Source of the DNA: Candidatus Chazhemtobacterium aquaticus
GTDB lineage: Bacteria; Patescibacteriota; Microgenomatia; UBA1400; Chazhemtobacteraceae
Assembly (NCBI RefSeq): GCF_009936135.1
Contig: NZ_CP047901.1
Coordinates: forward strand, 563,354 to 627,353
Length of the DNA: 64,000 nucleotides
Reading direction: 5' to 3'
The position numbers and the translations under genes were made by a program. This document shows positions 56,851-64,000 of this stretch, piece after piece; within the stretch, counting starts at the first letter, position 1, and each line of letters starts with the position of its first letter. Below the pieces are notes generated by a model. That model worked only from the letters and a program-made list of their open reading frames with translations, was not told the origin of the DNA and ran no database searches.

Positions 56851-57849
56851 CTATTTTACCCTTTTTATCTTCATTCCTAAATGCCGATAGCTTTCCTCGG
56901 TAACCATCCTTCCCCGGCTAGTTCGCTTCAACAAGCCAATCTGCATCAAAAAAGGCTCATACACATCCTTAATCGTCATCACATCCTCGTTTATCAACGC
57001 TGCCAAGGTCTCCACACCAACTGGTCCACCACCATGTTTCTCAATTACTGCCTTAAGCAATTTTCGGTCAATCTCATCCAACCCCAACTCATCTACCTCA
57101 AGTAGTTTCAAGGCCTTCAAAACCATCTCCCGATCTGCCTGTTTTACACCATGTACCTCAACGTAGTCTCTTACTCTTCTAAGTAGCTTTAGAGCCACTC
57201 TAGCCGTCCTTCTTGACCTTTTGGCCACCTCAAGGCATCCTTGATCATCCAATTTAAACTCCAACTTGTTAGCCGCATTGGCAACTATATTTTTAAGCTC
57301 TTCATCATCATAAAAACTTAACCGATGAATCACTCCAAACCGATCTCGTAGTGGAGCCGCCAACAACCCCACTCTGGTAGTGGCTCCTATCAAAGTGAAC
57401 TTAGCCAGTTCCAAACGCAACGACCTTGCCGTTGGACCCTTACCCAAAATTACATCCAGCACATAGTCCTCCATCGCCGGATACAGTGTTTCCTCCACCG
57501 TCTTGTTTAATCTATGAATCTCATCAATAAACAACACATCACCCTCCTGCAAGTTAGACAAAATTGATGCCAGATCTGCCGCTCGTTCAATCGCCGGACC
57601 TGAGGTTACTCTAATACTCACTCCCATCGACTTAGCTACCAAATGAGCCAGTGTTGTCTTACCTAAACCAGGGGGGCCATAAAATAAAATGTGTTCCAAT
57701 GGTTCCTTGCGGTTTTTAGCTGCCTTAATAGCGATATCTAAAGACTGTCTTAGTTTTTCCTGACCCACAAACTCATCCCACGACTCGGCTCGCAGATTAT
57801 TACCTTTCTCTACCTCCTCAGCTGCCACCACCACTTTATCTTCTACCAT
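56851..57849 (-). CDS. ruvB: Holliday junction branch-migration helicase RuvB
   Basis: Walker A GPPGLGKTTLA and DEIHRL, with the RuvB C-terminal winged helix. Confidence 0.95.
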   Translation of the reverse strand: MVEDKVVVAAEEVEKGNNLRAESWDEFVGQEKLRQSLDIAIKAAKNRKEPLEHILFYGPPGLGKTTLAHLVAKSMGVSIRVTSGPAIERAADLASILSNLQEGDVLFIDEIHRLNKTVEETLYPAMEDYVLDVILGKGPTARSLRLELAKFTLIGATTRVGLLAAPLRDRFGVIHRLSFYDDEELKNIVANAANKLEFKLDDQGCLEVAKRSRRTARVALKLLRRVRDYVEVHGVKQADREMVLKALKLLEVDELGLDEIDRKLLKAVIEKHGGGPVGVETLAALINEDVMTIKDVYEPFLMQIGLLKRTSRGRMVTEESYRHLGMKIKRVK

Positions 57850-58408
57850 CTCGCAAAGCCAATCTAATTTGTTCCTCAGCCGATAACCGGCCGTCTATTT
57901 TCTTCAAACTCTCAACTGCTTCCGCCTTAGTTAACCCCAAGGCCACCAGACCTTTCAAAGCGTCAGCTTGATTTGGATAATCCGCTAAATCAAGTTTCTC
58001 ATCCCCGCCCAACTTACTCTTAAGATCAACAATCAGCCTTTGTGCTCCCTTAGTTCCAATGCCGGGTACAGCTGTAAAAAAACTAACATTACCGTTTCTG
58101 ATAGCCTCAACGATCTCACTTTTACTCCCAGACTCCATCACTGTCATAGCCATTTTAGGGCCGATCCCACTTACCGAGATGAGTTTCTCAAAGAGTTGTT
58201 TCTCCTCTTGGTCGGCAAAACCGTACAGGGCCAAGACCTCTTCTCTTACATGAGTGTAAATATCTAAAACAACTTGCTCATCCAAGACCAGTTTGTTGTT
58301 TAATCTTGCATTTACATTAACCTCATAACCCACCCCATTCACCTCAACGATTATCTTACCTGTCTCTTTCCTGATTACCTTACCTTTTAACAATCCAATC
58401 ATCGCCAC
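57836..58408 (-). CDS. ruvA: Holliday junction DNA helicase RuvA
   Basis: MIGLLKGKV and the HhH motifs (VSGIGPKMA, VPGIGTKGAQRLI). Confidence 0.9.
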   Translation of the reverse strand: MAMIGLLKGKVIRKETGKIIVEVNGVGYEVNVNARLNNKLVLDEQVVLDIYTHVREEVLALYGFADQEEKQLFEKLISVSGIGPKMAMTVMESGSKSEIVEAIRNGNVSFFTAVPGIGTKGAQRLIVDLKSKLGGDEKLDLADYPNQADALKGLVALGLTKAEAVESLKKIDGRLSAEEQIRLALRDGRR

Positions 58409-58452
58409 CTATTGTAACCCAATTTACTCATCACAGCTTAAGTCAAGCCTCC

Positions 58453-58938
58453 CTATGCCTTTAATCTGCTATTTACCGATCCGTGTGTCAAAGCCACTGC
58501 TAAGGCATCAGCTGCGTCATCAGGTTTGGGTGTCTCCTTAAGGCCCAAGATTCTAACTACCATTAACTCAACCTGTTTTTTGTCAGCCTTACCATATCCA
58601 GTTACCGCTGACTTCACCTGTAGGGGAGTGTAACTATAAATAGGCAATTTCTTGTGCCTGCCAGCCAACAACACTACACCTCTAGCCTGACCCACACTCA
58701 TAGCCGTCTTGGCATTGGTAGCAAAGAATAAATCCTCGACCGCCACTTCATCCGGCTTGTACTCATCAATCAGCTCACCGATTCGTTTATATATCAATTC
58801 CAGTCTCTCCACCAACTCACTGTTAGCCTTAGTCTCAAAACAGCCATAAGCCACCATCCTCTCCTTCCCACCATTCTTATCCAGCACCCCCCAACCAGTT
58901 CTACCTGTTCCCGGATCAATTCCTAGTATCCTCATCAC
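58453..58938 (-). CDS. ruvC: Crossover junction endodeoxyribonuclease RuvC
   Basis: ILGIDPGTGRTGWGVL and the RNase H-like fold residues. Confidence 0.9.
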   Translation of the reverse strand: MMRILGIDPGTGRTGWGVLDKNGGKERMVAYGCFETKANSELVERLELIYKRIGELIDEYKPDEVAVEDLFFATNAKTAMSVGQARGVVLLAGRHKKLPIYSYTPLQVKSAVTGYGKADKKQVELMVVRILGLKETPKPDDAADALAVALTHGSVNSRLKA

Positions 58939-59020
58939 CTCATTCTAACAAAGAAAAAACATAATATCCCATAGTCAGTATGGCGTTTAATATTAATCAC
59001 TCATCCTGTATTCTCATACC

Positions 59021-59800
59021 ATGGCTATCAAGCTCAACCACCAACTAAATATCATTAAGGACTCACCTGCTAGTTTCATATTCCTTCACGGGTTAGGTGG
59101 CAATCTCAAGGCGTGGAATCCCATAGTCAGTGAGTTAAATCAACTGGGATATACCACTCTAAGCTTTGATCTTCCAGGACATGGCGATTCTCCAAATACT
59201 TTCTCACTTTCCGACTACACCCAAACAAGCATTGTCCATCAAGTTCACCAGGTTGTTGCCAAATACAAGCTAACCAACCCCATCCTAGTAGGGCACTGTT
59301 ATGGTGGCTTCTCCGCCCTGACCTACGCTCATCTCTATCCCAAAGACGTAAAAAGGTTGGTTTTAATCAGCACCACCTACAAACTCTTCACTCCTAAACA
59401 CTCACTTAATTCAAGATTCATCAAAATGGTTATCCTCTCACTTCTTAAAAACTTAGTTCCATCAAGGCATCAATCATACATACGAGACTGGGATTTAATC
59501 AGGCTGTTTCGTGAGATTATCAAAACTACACCCTTAGGCTATTCTCTTTCAGTCCTAGGGGCCTTAAGTTTTAATGCCACCAAATATCTGGCAAACATCA
59601 GTTGTCCTACTCACGTCATCCATGGGGTAGGGGACAGTGTCATCCCTTATACACTAGCCAAAGAACTAGCTCAAAAGATACCTAAATCAAGCCTAATCTT
59701 GGTTCCCCAAGCCAATCATATTATCGTTATCAATCAGCCGCAGACAATCGCCAAGCTGCTACGCAAAGTGGGTCAGTCAATAAAACAGACTGGCATATAA
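59021..59800 (+). CDS. Alpha/beta-hydrolase fold protein
   Basis: FIFLHGLGGNLKAWN, FDLPGHGDS and the nucleophile elbow VGHCYGG, which has Cys in place of the usual Ser. Confidence 0.6.
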   Translation: MAIKLNHQLNIIKDSPASFIFLHGLGGNLKAWNPIVSELNQLGYTTLSFDLPGHGDSPNTFSLSDYTQTSIVHQVHQVVAKYKLTNPILVGHCYGGFSALTYAHLYPKDVKRLVLISTTYKLFTPKHSLNSRFIKMVILSLLKNLVPSRHQSYIRDWDLIRLFREIIKTTPLGYSLSVLGALSFNATKYLANISCPTHVIHGVGDSVIPYTLAKELAQKIPKSSLILVPQANHIIVINQPQTIAKLLRKVGQSIKQTGI

Positions 59801-59840
59801 TCGGTATAATCAAGCTATTAACATTTGTAACACGCTAAAT

Positions 59841-60227
59841 ATGCCAGGTTTTCACACCCATCTCGAAGACGAGACCGTCAACAATCAAAACTTTAGAAAA
59901 GTTCTTTTCACCGCGAATAATACTCAGCTAGTCGTCATGAGCCTAGAACCAGGTCAGGACATTGGCATGGAGATCCATCCTGACAATGATCAGTTCTTCA
60001 GAGTTGACCAAGGAGAAGGTAAAGCCATCATCAATGACCAGGAGTTTATCCTCCAAGATGGTGATGCCATCATTATCCCAGCAGGAGCAGAACACAACAT
60101 CATCAATACTTCACAGGAAGCATATCTCAAGCTCTACACCCTCTACTCACCTCCTCATCACCCCGATGGCACCATTCACCCCACTAAGGCAGATGCCATT
60201 GCTGCCGAGGAAGCCGAGGGTCACTAA
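59841..60227 (+). CDS. Cupin-domain protein
   Basis: GMEIHPDNDQFF...GDAIIIPAGAEHNIIN matches cupin_2 motifs. Confidence 0.7.
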   Translation: MPGFHTHLEDETVNNQNFRKVLFTANNTQLVVMSLEPGQDIGMEIHPDNDQFFRVDQGEGKAIINDQEFILQDGDAIIIPAGAEHNIINTSQEAYLKLYTLYSPPHHPDGTIHPTKADAIAAEEAEGH

Positions 60228-60399
60228 TAAAAGCCACCCCCTATCTTTTCTAGTAAGAAGGCTGTATAATGTCCTATATTGTTCTAAGAATTAGGCCATT
60301 AGCCTCAATCCTGTTAGACCCGTCCGCCTCTTTGGCATAAGACCGATTGTCTACCTTGAACTTCTACTAGGGCAATCGGGGAGTTTCCCCCTTACAAAA

Positions 60400-61608
60400 A
60401 TGTATCAACAGCGAAATAGTTTTCGTTCTGGCTCTCGTGGCCGTCATAATCGATCTAACTCGAATCGTTCTTTTGGGCATAATCGATCTGGCCGTGGCCG
60501 CTTTCAGCCAAAGCAGTTAGATCCTCGTCTCTTCATAAAACCAGCTGATGCTGTTCAAAGTGAAGTGGCCCCCGTCACCAGTACCTTTAGTGACTTCAAG
60601 CTACCCAAACAGCTAGTCACCAATCTATCCAGTATGGGTTTTGACACTCCAACACCCATCCAGGATCAAGCCTTAACCCCCATCCTTAATGGCCATGATC
60701 TAATTGGTTTAGCTGATACCGGTACTGGCAAAACTATAGCTTTTGTTCTCCCCATTCTGGCTAAATTAATAAAAGACCCTGCTCAAAATGCTCTAATCAT
60801 TGCTCCCACTAGAGAGCTAGCTGTCCAGATCAAAGATGATATTAAAGCGCTTAGTAATGGTCTTCCCATCAAAACTGTCCTGTTAATTGGTGGTACTGGC
60901 ATCTATCGTCAGATCCAAGAGCTTAAGCGCAATCCTCACATCTTCATCGGCACCCCAGGCAGACTCAAAGACCTGCATGAACGTGGTTCACTCAATCTAA
61001 ACAACACTCATACAATCGTACTAGATGAGATGGACCGCATGCTGGATATGGGATTTGTCAAAGACATAACCAAGTTGTTAAGTTTCTTACCCAAAGAGCG
61101 CCAGACCTTGCTCTTCTCCACCACCATAGATGATCGAGTAGAGGGTATAGCTCATACTTTCATGAACAATCCGCTAAAAATCTCGGTCAAAACTGGTGCT
61201 ACAGCTCAGAATGTAGATCAGGATGTTGTTCATCTCTCTGGTTCAGACAAGATAAGTGTCCTAAAGGAATTGCTTAAACAACAGCGATTCCAGAAAGTCT
61301 TGATCTTTGGCCGTACCAAATACGGAGTAGAGAAGTTAAGTGTCACTCTATCTCAAAACGGCTTTTCAGTTGGAGCTATTCACGGTAACAAAAGGCAGTC
61401 TCAACGCCAAAGGGTTCTCACCGACTTCAAAACCGATCGAATCAACATTCTAGTTGCCACCGATGTTGCAGCCAGAGGTATTGATGTTAAAGACATCACC
61501 CATGTCATCAACTACGACCAACCTGATACCTACGCAGACTATATCCATCGTATTGGCAGAACTGGAAGAGCGGGAAAGACTGGACAAGCACTAACTTTTG
61601 TTGAGTAA
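60400..61608 (+). CDS. DEAD-box ATP-dependent RNA helicase with N-terminal R/G/S-rich tail
   Basis: Q-motif region, ADTGTGKT, PTRELA, DEMD, LFSTT and HRIGRTGRAG. A roughly 170-nt untranslated leader lies downstream of a TGTATAAT extended -10. Confidence 0.9.
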   Translation: MYQQRNSFRSGSRGRHNRSNSNRSFGHNRSGRGRFQPKQLDPRLFIKPADAVQSEVAPVTSTFSDFKLPKQLVTNLSSMGFDTPTPIQDQALTPILNGHDLIGLADTGTGKTIAFVLPILAKLIKDPAQNALIIAPTRELAVQIKDDIKALSNGLPIKTVLLIGGTGIYRQIQELKRNPHIFIGTPGRLKDLHERGSLNLNNTHTIVLDEMDRMLDMGFVKDITKLLSFLPKERQTLLFSTTIDDRVEGIAHTFMNNPLKISVKTGATAQNVDQDVVHLSGSDKISVLKELLKQQRFQKVLIFGRTKYGVEKLSVTLSQNGFSVGAIHGNKRQSQRQRVLTDFKTDRINILVATDVAARGIDVKDITHVINYDQPDTYADYIHRIGRTGRAGKTGQALTFVE

Positions 61609-61668
61609 AAACAAATAAGTATCATAAACTTGATACTTATATCTTCAATCCATCATATTCAATCTGTG

Positions 61669-61740
61669 TGACCCCACGGGGAATCGAACCCCGATTACCA
61701 GGATGAAAACCTGGCGTCCTAGCCGTTAGACGATGGGGCC
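61669..61740 (-). tRNA. tRNA-Glu(TTC)
   Basis: Reverse complement is GGCCCCATCGTCTAACGGCTAGGACGCCAGGTTTTCATCCTGGTAATCGGGGTTCGATTCCCCGTGGGGTCA. Anticodon loop TTTTCAT. Confidence 0.8.
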
Positions 61741-61756
61741 TCGGAAGTAAAAAGAG

Positions 61757-61831
61757 TGGGTCCACTGGGATTCGAACCCAGGACACCCTGCTTAAAAGGC
61801 AGGTGCTCTAACCAGGCTGAGCTATGGACCC
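61757..61831 (-). tRNA. tRNA-Lys(TTT)
   Basis: Reverse complement is GGGTCCATAGCTCAGCCTGGTTAGAGCACCTGCCTTTTAAGCAGGGTGTCCTGGGTTCGAATCCCAGTGGACCCA. Anticodon loop CTTTTAA. Confidence 0.85.
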
Positions 61832-61889
61832 ATTACCTTCACGACCAGACCATTACGATCTGTTCGTTATTTTACCATTTTCATGCCTC

Positions 61890-62420
61890 TTACCTGACGA
61901 AAACCTTCTCCTTGCGTTGAATTTTCTTCTTCTTGTCAGCTTTTTTCTTCTCTTTACCAGCCTGATCAGCCTTCTTGGCTAGTCTTTGTTCCTTAGCCGC
62001 CTTAGCTGCTCTTCTAGCAATTAGTTCCTCTTCGCTGGTCATCTCTTCCTTAACCACTACCTGTTCCTCTATATTCTGTGATACACCCTTAACAAAGCTA
62101 TCTTTAACTTTGGTTGCTCTCTTACCTTCTCTACCTCTCAAGTATCCCAAGTGAGCTCGTCTGACCTGACCTCTCTTGGTTACCTCTACCTTGGTTACGG
62201 TAGGGGACTCCTCAGGAAAAATTCTCTCAACCCCAATACCACCTGCTGCGATCTTTCTCACTGTAAATGACTTTAAGCCACCATGACCCTTGATGCGAAC
62301 TACCAACCCTTCAAAAATCTGAATTCTGGTCTTGTTACCTTCTCTAACGGTCTGGTGAACTCTGATAGTATCGCCTGAACCAAATTTAACTTGATCTCTC
62401 CAATTTAATATGTTTGCCAT
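61890..62420 (-). CDS. rplS: 50S ribosomal protein L19 with about 60-aa Lys-rich C-terminal extension
   Basis: MANILNWRDQVKFGSGDTIRVHQTVREGNKTRIQIFEGLVVRIKGHGGLKSFTVRKIAAGGIGVERIFP is the L19 core. A tail (KKADQAGKEKKKADKKKKIQRKEK) follows. Confidence 0.9.
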   Translation of the reverse strand: MANILNWRDQVKFGSGDTIRVHQTVREGNKTRIQIFEGLVVRIKGHGGLKSFTVRKIAAGGIGVERIFPEESPTVTKVEVTKRGQVRRAHLGYLRGREGKRATKVKDSFVKGVSQNIEEQVVVKEEMTSEEELIARRAAKAAKEQRLAKKADQAGKEKKKADKKKKIQRKEKVFVR

Positions 62421-62507
62421 TTTTATGTCTTTAATCGGTTAAAACTAGACTCAAATTTTATCAGGTTATGCCTCAAGGTACAAGAGTCTTGCTTTATCCC
62501 TCTTTTT

Positions 62508-64000
62508 TTATGAGAGTAGTTTGGCCACTTGTTCCCTTACCTCATCACTAAAATCAACTCCATAAGGCAGATCAATGATCTTAGGGCCTCCTCCGTTTGG
62601 TACCACCACTCTGACGTGATCATCCCCTGGGTTCTCCTTTAACAGCTTACTGATCATCATTAACACCTCCTTATCAGTTCCCCTGGGAATCTCTATTTCC
62701 TTGACCTCCTTTTCTTCCTTGCTTACATCCACATACTCAACCTCATTGATCACTAGATTGATTGTCTCCTCACGGTAATCCACCTTACCAGTCACCAGCA
62801 CCGACTTATCTTCCTCCCACAGTTCCTTAGTCTCTGCATAAAGCTTAGGAAACACCACCCCATCAACCACCGAGGTGTCATCCTCCAACCTGACAAAGGC
62901 CATTAAGTCATTGTTCTTTTTAGTCACCACCTGTCTTACTTTTATAACCATGCCACCCAAGGTGACTGTCTGACCAATGTGATGTTCTGGATCAAGCTGA
63001 TTAATCCGATGAGTCACTCTCTGAGCCACTCTAGCCATGATGCTCTTTACCGGGTTATCACTCAAGTAAAAACCCAATAGTTCCTTCTCAAACTTAAGCT
63101 TATCTCGCAGTGGCCACTCGGCTACCTCAGGTAAGCTGTCTGCCAACCTCATTGGATCACTCTCTGTCTCAATTTGCCCAAACAAACTGTCCTGCCCCTC
63201 ACTTTTCTTCTTCTGCATACTAGCTGCTTTGTTGCGGATCTCATCTACACCGGCAATCAAAGCTGCTCGGTTACCAAACGCATCAAAAGCACCCGCTTTA
63301 ATCAAACTCTCAATCACTTTTTTATTTACTTTCCTGGCGTCCACCCGGCTGCAGAAATCAGCCAAACTAGTGAACTTAAGCTTATCTCTCTCCTCAAGAA
63401 TCGCTCCCACAGCTGCTTCACCCACATTCTTAATCGCTCCCAACCCAAATCTGATCACCTGCTCGCCATCCTGTTCCACAATCGTAAATCCGGTTAAGGA
63501 TTCGTTAATATCAGGAGCCAGAATAGTGATGCCCATCCGATCACACTCAGCTATTGCCTCCACCAGCTTATCTGTATTACCAGCCTCTGCCGTTAACAAG
63601 GCAGTCATGTACTCAACTGGATAGTTAGCTTTCAAGTAAGCCGTCCAGTAACTAACCATTCCATACGAAGCAGCGTGAGAGTTGTGTACCACCACATCAT
63701 TGGCCAAAAAGTTATGCTCACCTGTTAAGGTTAGGTCGTAAGTCATTTCCTTTCCCTGTTTCTCTACCCCCACCACCTCATCCCAGAAAACATCCGCCTC
63801 TATTAGCCTTCTTAAGGTTTCGGATTCCAACACCTCATTAATTTTGGTTAAAACCTCCCTGGTATATCCGCGTTTTCTCCTATCATCAGAAAACAATCTC
63901 TTTGACAATCCAGTTTGAGAAACCATCTCCTCTACACCAAAACCCTTTTCTTTCATCTCCTCTCGAATTAACCTAAGCACTCCAATCGGTATGGTATCTA
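62508..64000 (-). CDS. dnaE: DNA polymerase III alpha subunit (3' portion; continues beyond the window) containing the C-terminal end of an intein
   Basis: The C-extein is HAASYGMVSYWTAYLKANYPVEYMTALLTAE..., which is the DnaE region after the FNKSH motif. It is immediately preceded by intein block G, MTYDLTLTGEHNFLANDVVVHN|S. The frame stays open to the window edge. Confidence 0.85.
   Translation of the reverse strand, partial: DTIPIGVLRLIREEMKEKGFGVEEMVSQTGLSKRLFSDDRRKRGYTREVLTKINEVLESETLRRLIEADVFWDEVVGVEKQGKEMTYDLTLTGEHNFLANDVVVHNSHAASYGMVSYWTAYLKANYPVEYMTALLTAEAGNTDKLVEAIAECDRMGITILAPDINESLTGFTIVEQDGEQVIRFGLGAIKNVGEAAVGAILEERDKLKFTSLADFCSRVDARKVNKKVIESLIKAGAFDAFGNRAALIAGVDEIRNKAASMQKKKSEGQDSLFGQIETESDPMRLADSLPEVAEWPLRDKLKFEKELLGFYLSDNPVKSIMARVAQRVTHRINQLDPEHHIGQTVTLGGMVIKVRQVVTKKNNDLMAFVRLEDDTSVVDGVVFPKLYAETKELWEEDKSVLVTGKVDYREETINLVINEVEYVDVSKEEKEVKEIEIPRGTDKEVLMMISKLLKENPGDDHVRVVVPNGGGPKIIDLPYGVDFSDEVREQVAKLLS
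63681..64000 (-). other. Intein (C-terminal part; splice junction HN|S at about 63681/63680)
   Basis: The intein C-terminal motif ...YDLTLTGEHNFLANDVVVHN is followed by extein Ser. Upstream intein sequence (…IPIGVLRLIREEMKEKGFG…) continues past position 64000. Confidence 0.7.

Noticed and set aside
63174-63624. Plus-strand ORFs (107 and 131 aa) inside dnaE.
   Set aside because: Antisense to the conserved DnaE C-terminal region; no independent support.

Overview
This 64-kb window has about 38-40% GC and is densely coded. It looks like part of a small-genome, uncultivated-type bacterium, possibly CPR/Patescibacteria-like, although that lineage call is an inference. Supporting traits are a short UvrC, a lysine-tailed L19, Pro/Thr-rich linkers in surface proteins, an intein in dnaE and tRNA arrays. 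Recognisable content, in window order: (1) a cell-envelope polysaccharide locus (GT1, Wzx-like flippase, sugar nucleotidyltransferase, three GT2 enzymes, a Wzy/WaaL-like ligase, a DUF4012-like protein) next to a secreted lipase; (2) a candidate cobalamin-riboswitch-like leader with an intrinsic terminator, directly upstream of a DUF4430 (transcobalamin beta-domain-like) secreted protein, a prenyltransferase/squalene-cyclase-repeat (alpha/alpha-toroid) surface protein and a small BioY/ECF-S-like membrane protein, which I interpret as a possible B12-scavenging module; (3) an ABC-2 type transporter; (4) a 4.7-kb island with 14 tRNA genes interleaved with an IS200/IS605-family tnpA element, one intact and one 5'-truncated copy of an HNH zinc-finger endonuclease gene, and a lysozyme-like gene; (5) secG, an SDR reductase and a family-5 substrate-binding protein; (6) an unusual co-location of uvrC, uvrA, uvrB and lexA, with a nearly identical promoter-proximal motif in front of uvrA and uvrB and a palindrome in the uvrB-lexA divergent promoter region; (7) a two-subunit 2-oxoacid:ferredoxin oxidoreductase, rsmI, a NUDIX hydrolase and an AMP-forming acyl-CoA synthetase; (8) a glycolysis/gluconeogenesis block (gpmI, eno, ppsA, PGI/PMI, PMM/PGM); (9) holA-like, ruvCAB, a DEAD-box helicase, rplS and the 3' part of dnaE, whose upstream end carries the C-terminal splice junction of an intein. 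All calls rest on motif recognition in the supplied translations and on manual folding of tRNAs; no database search was run.
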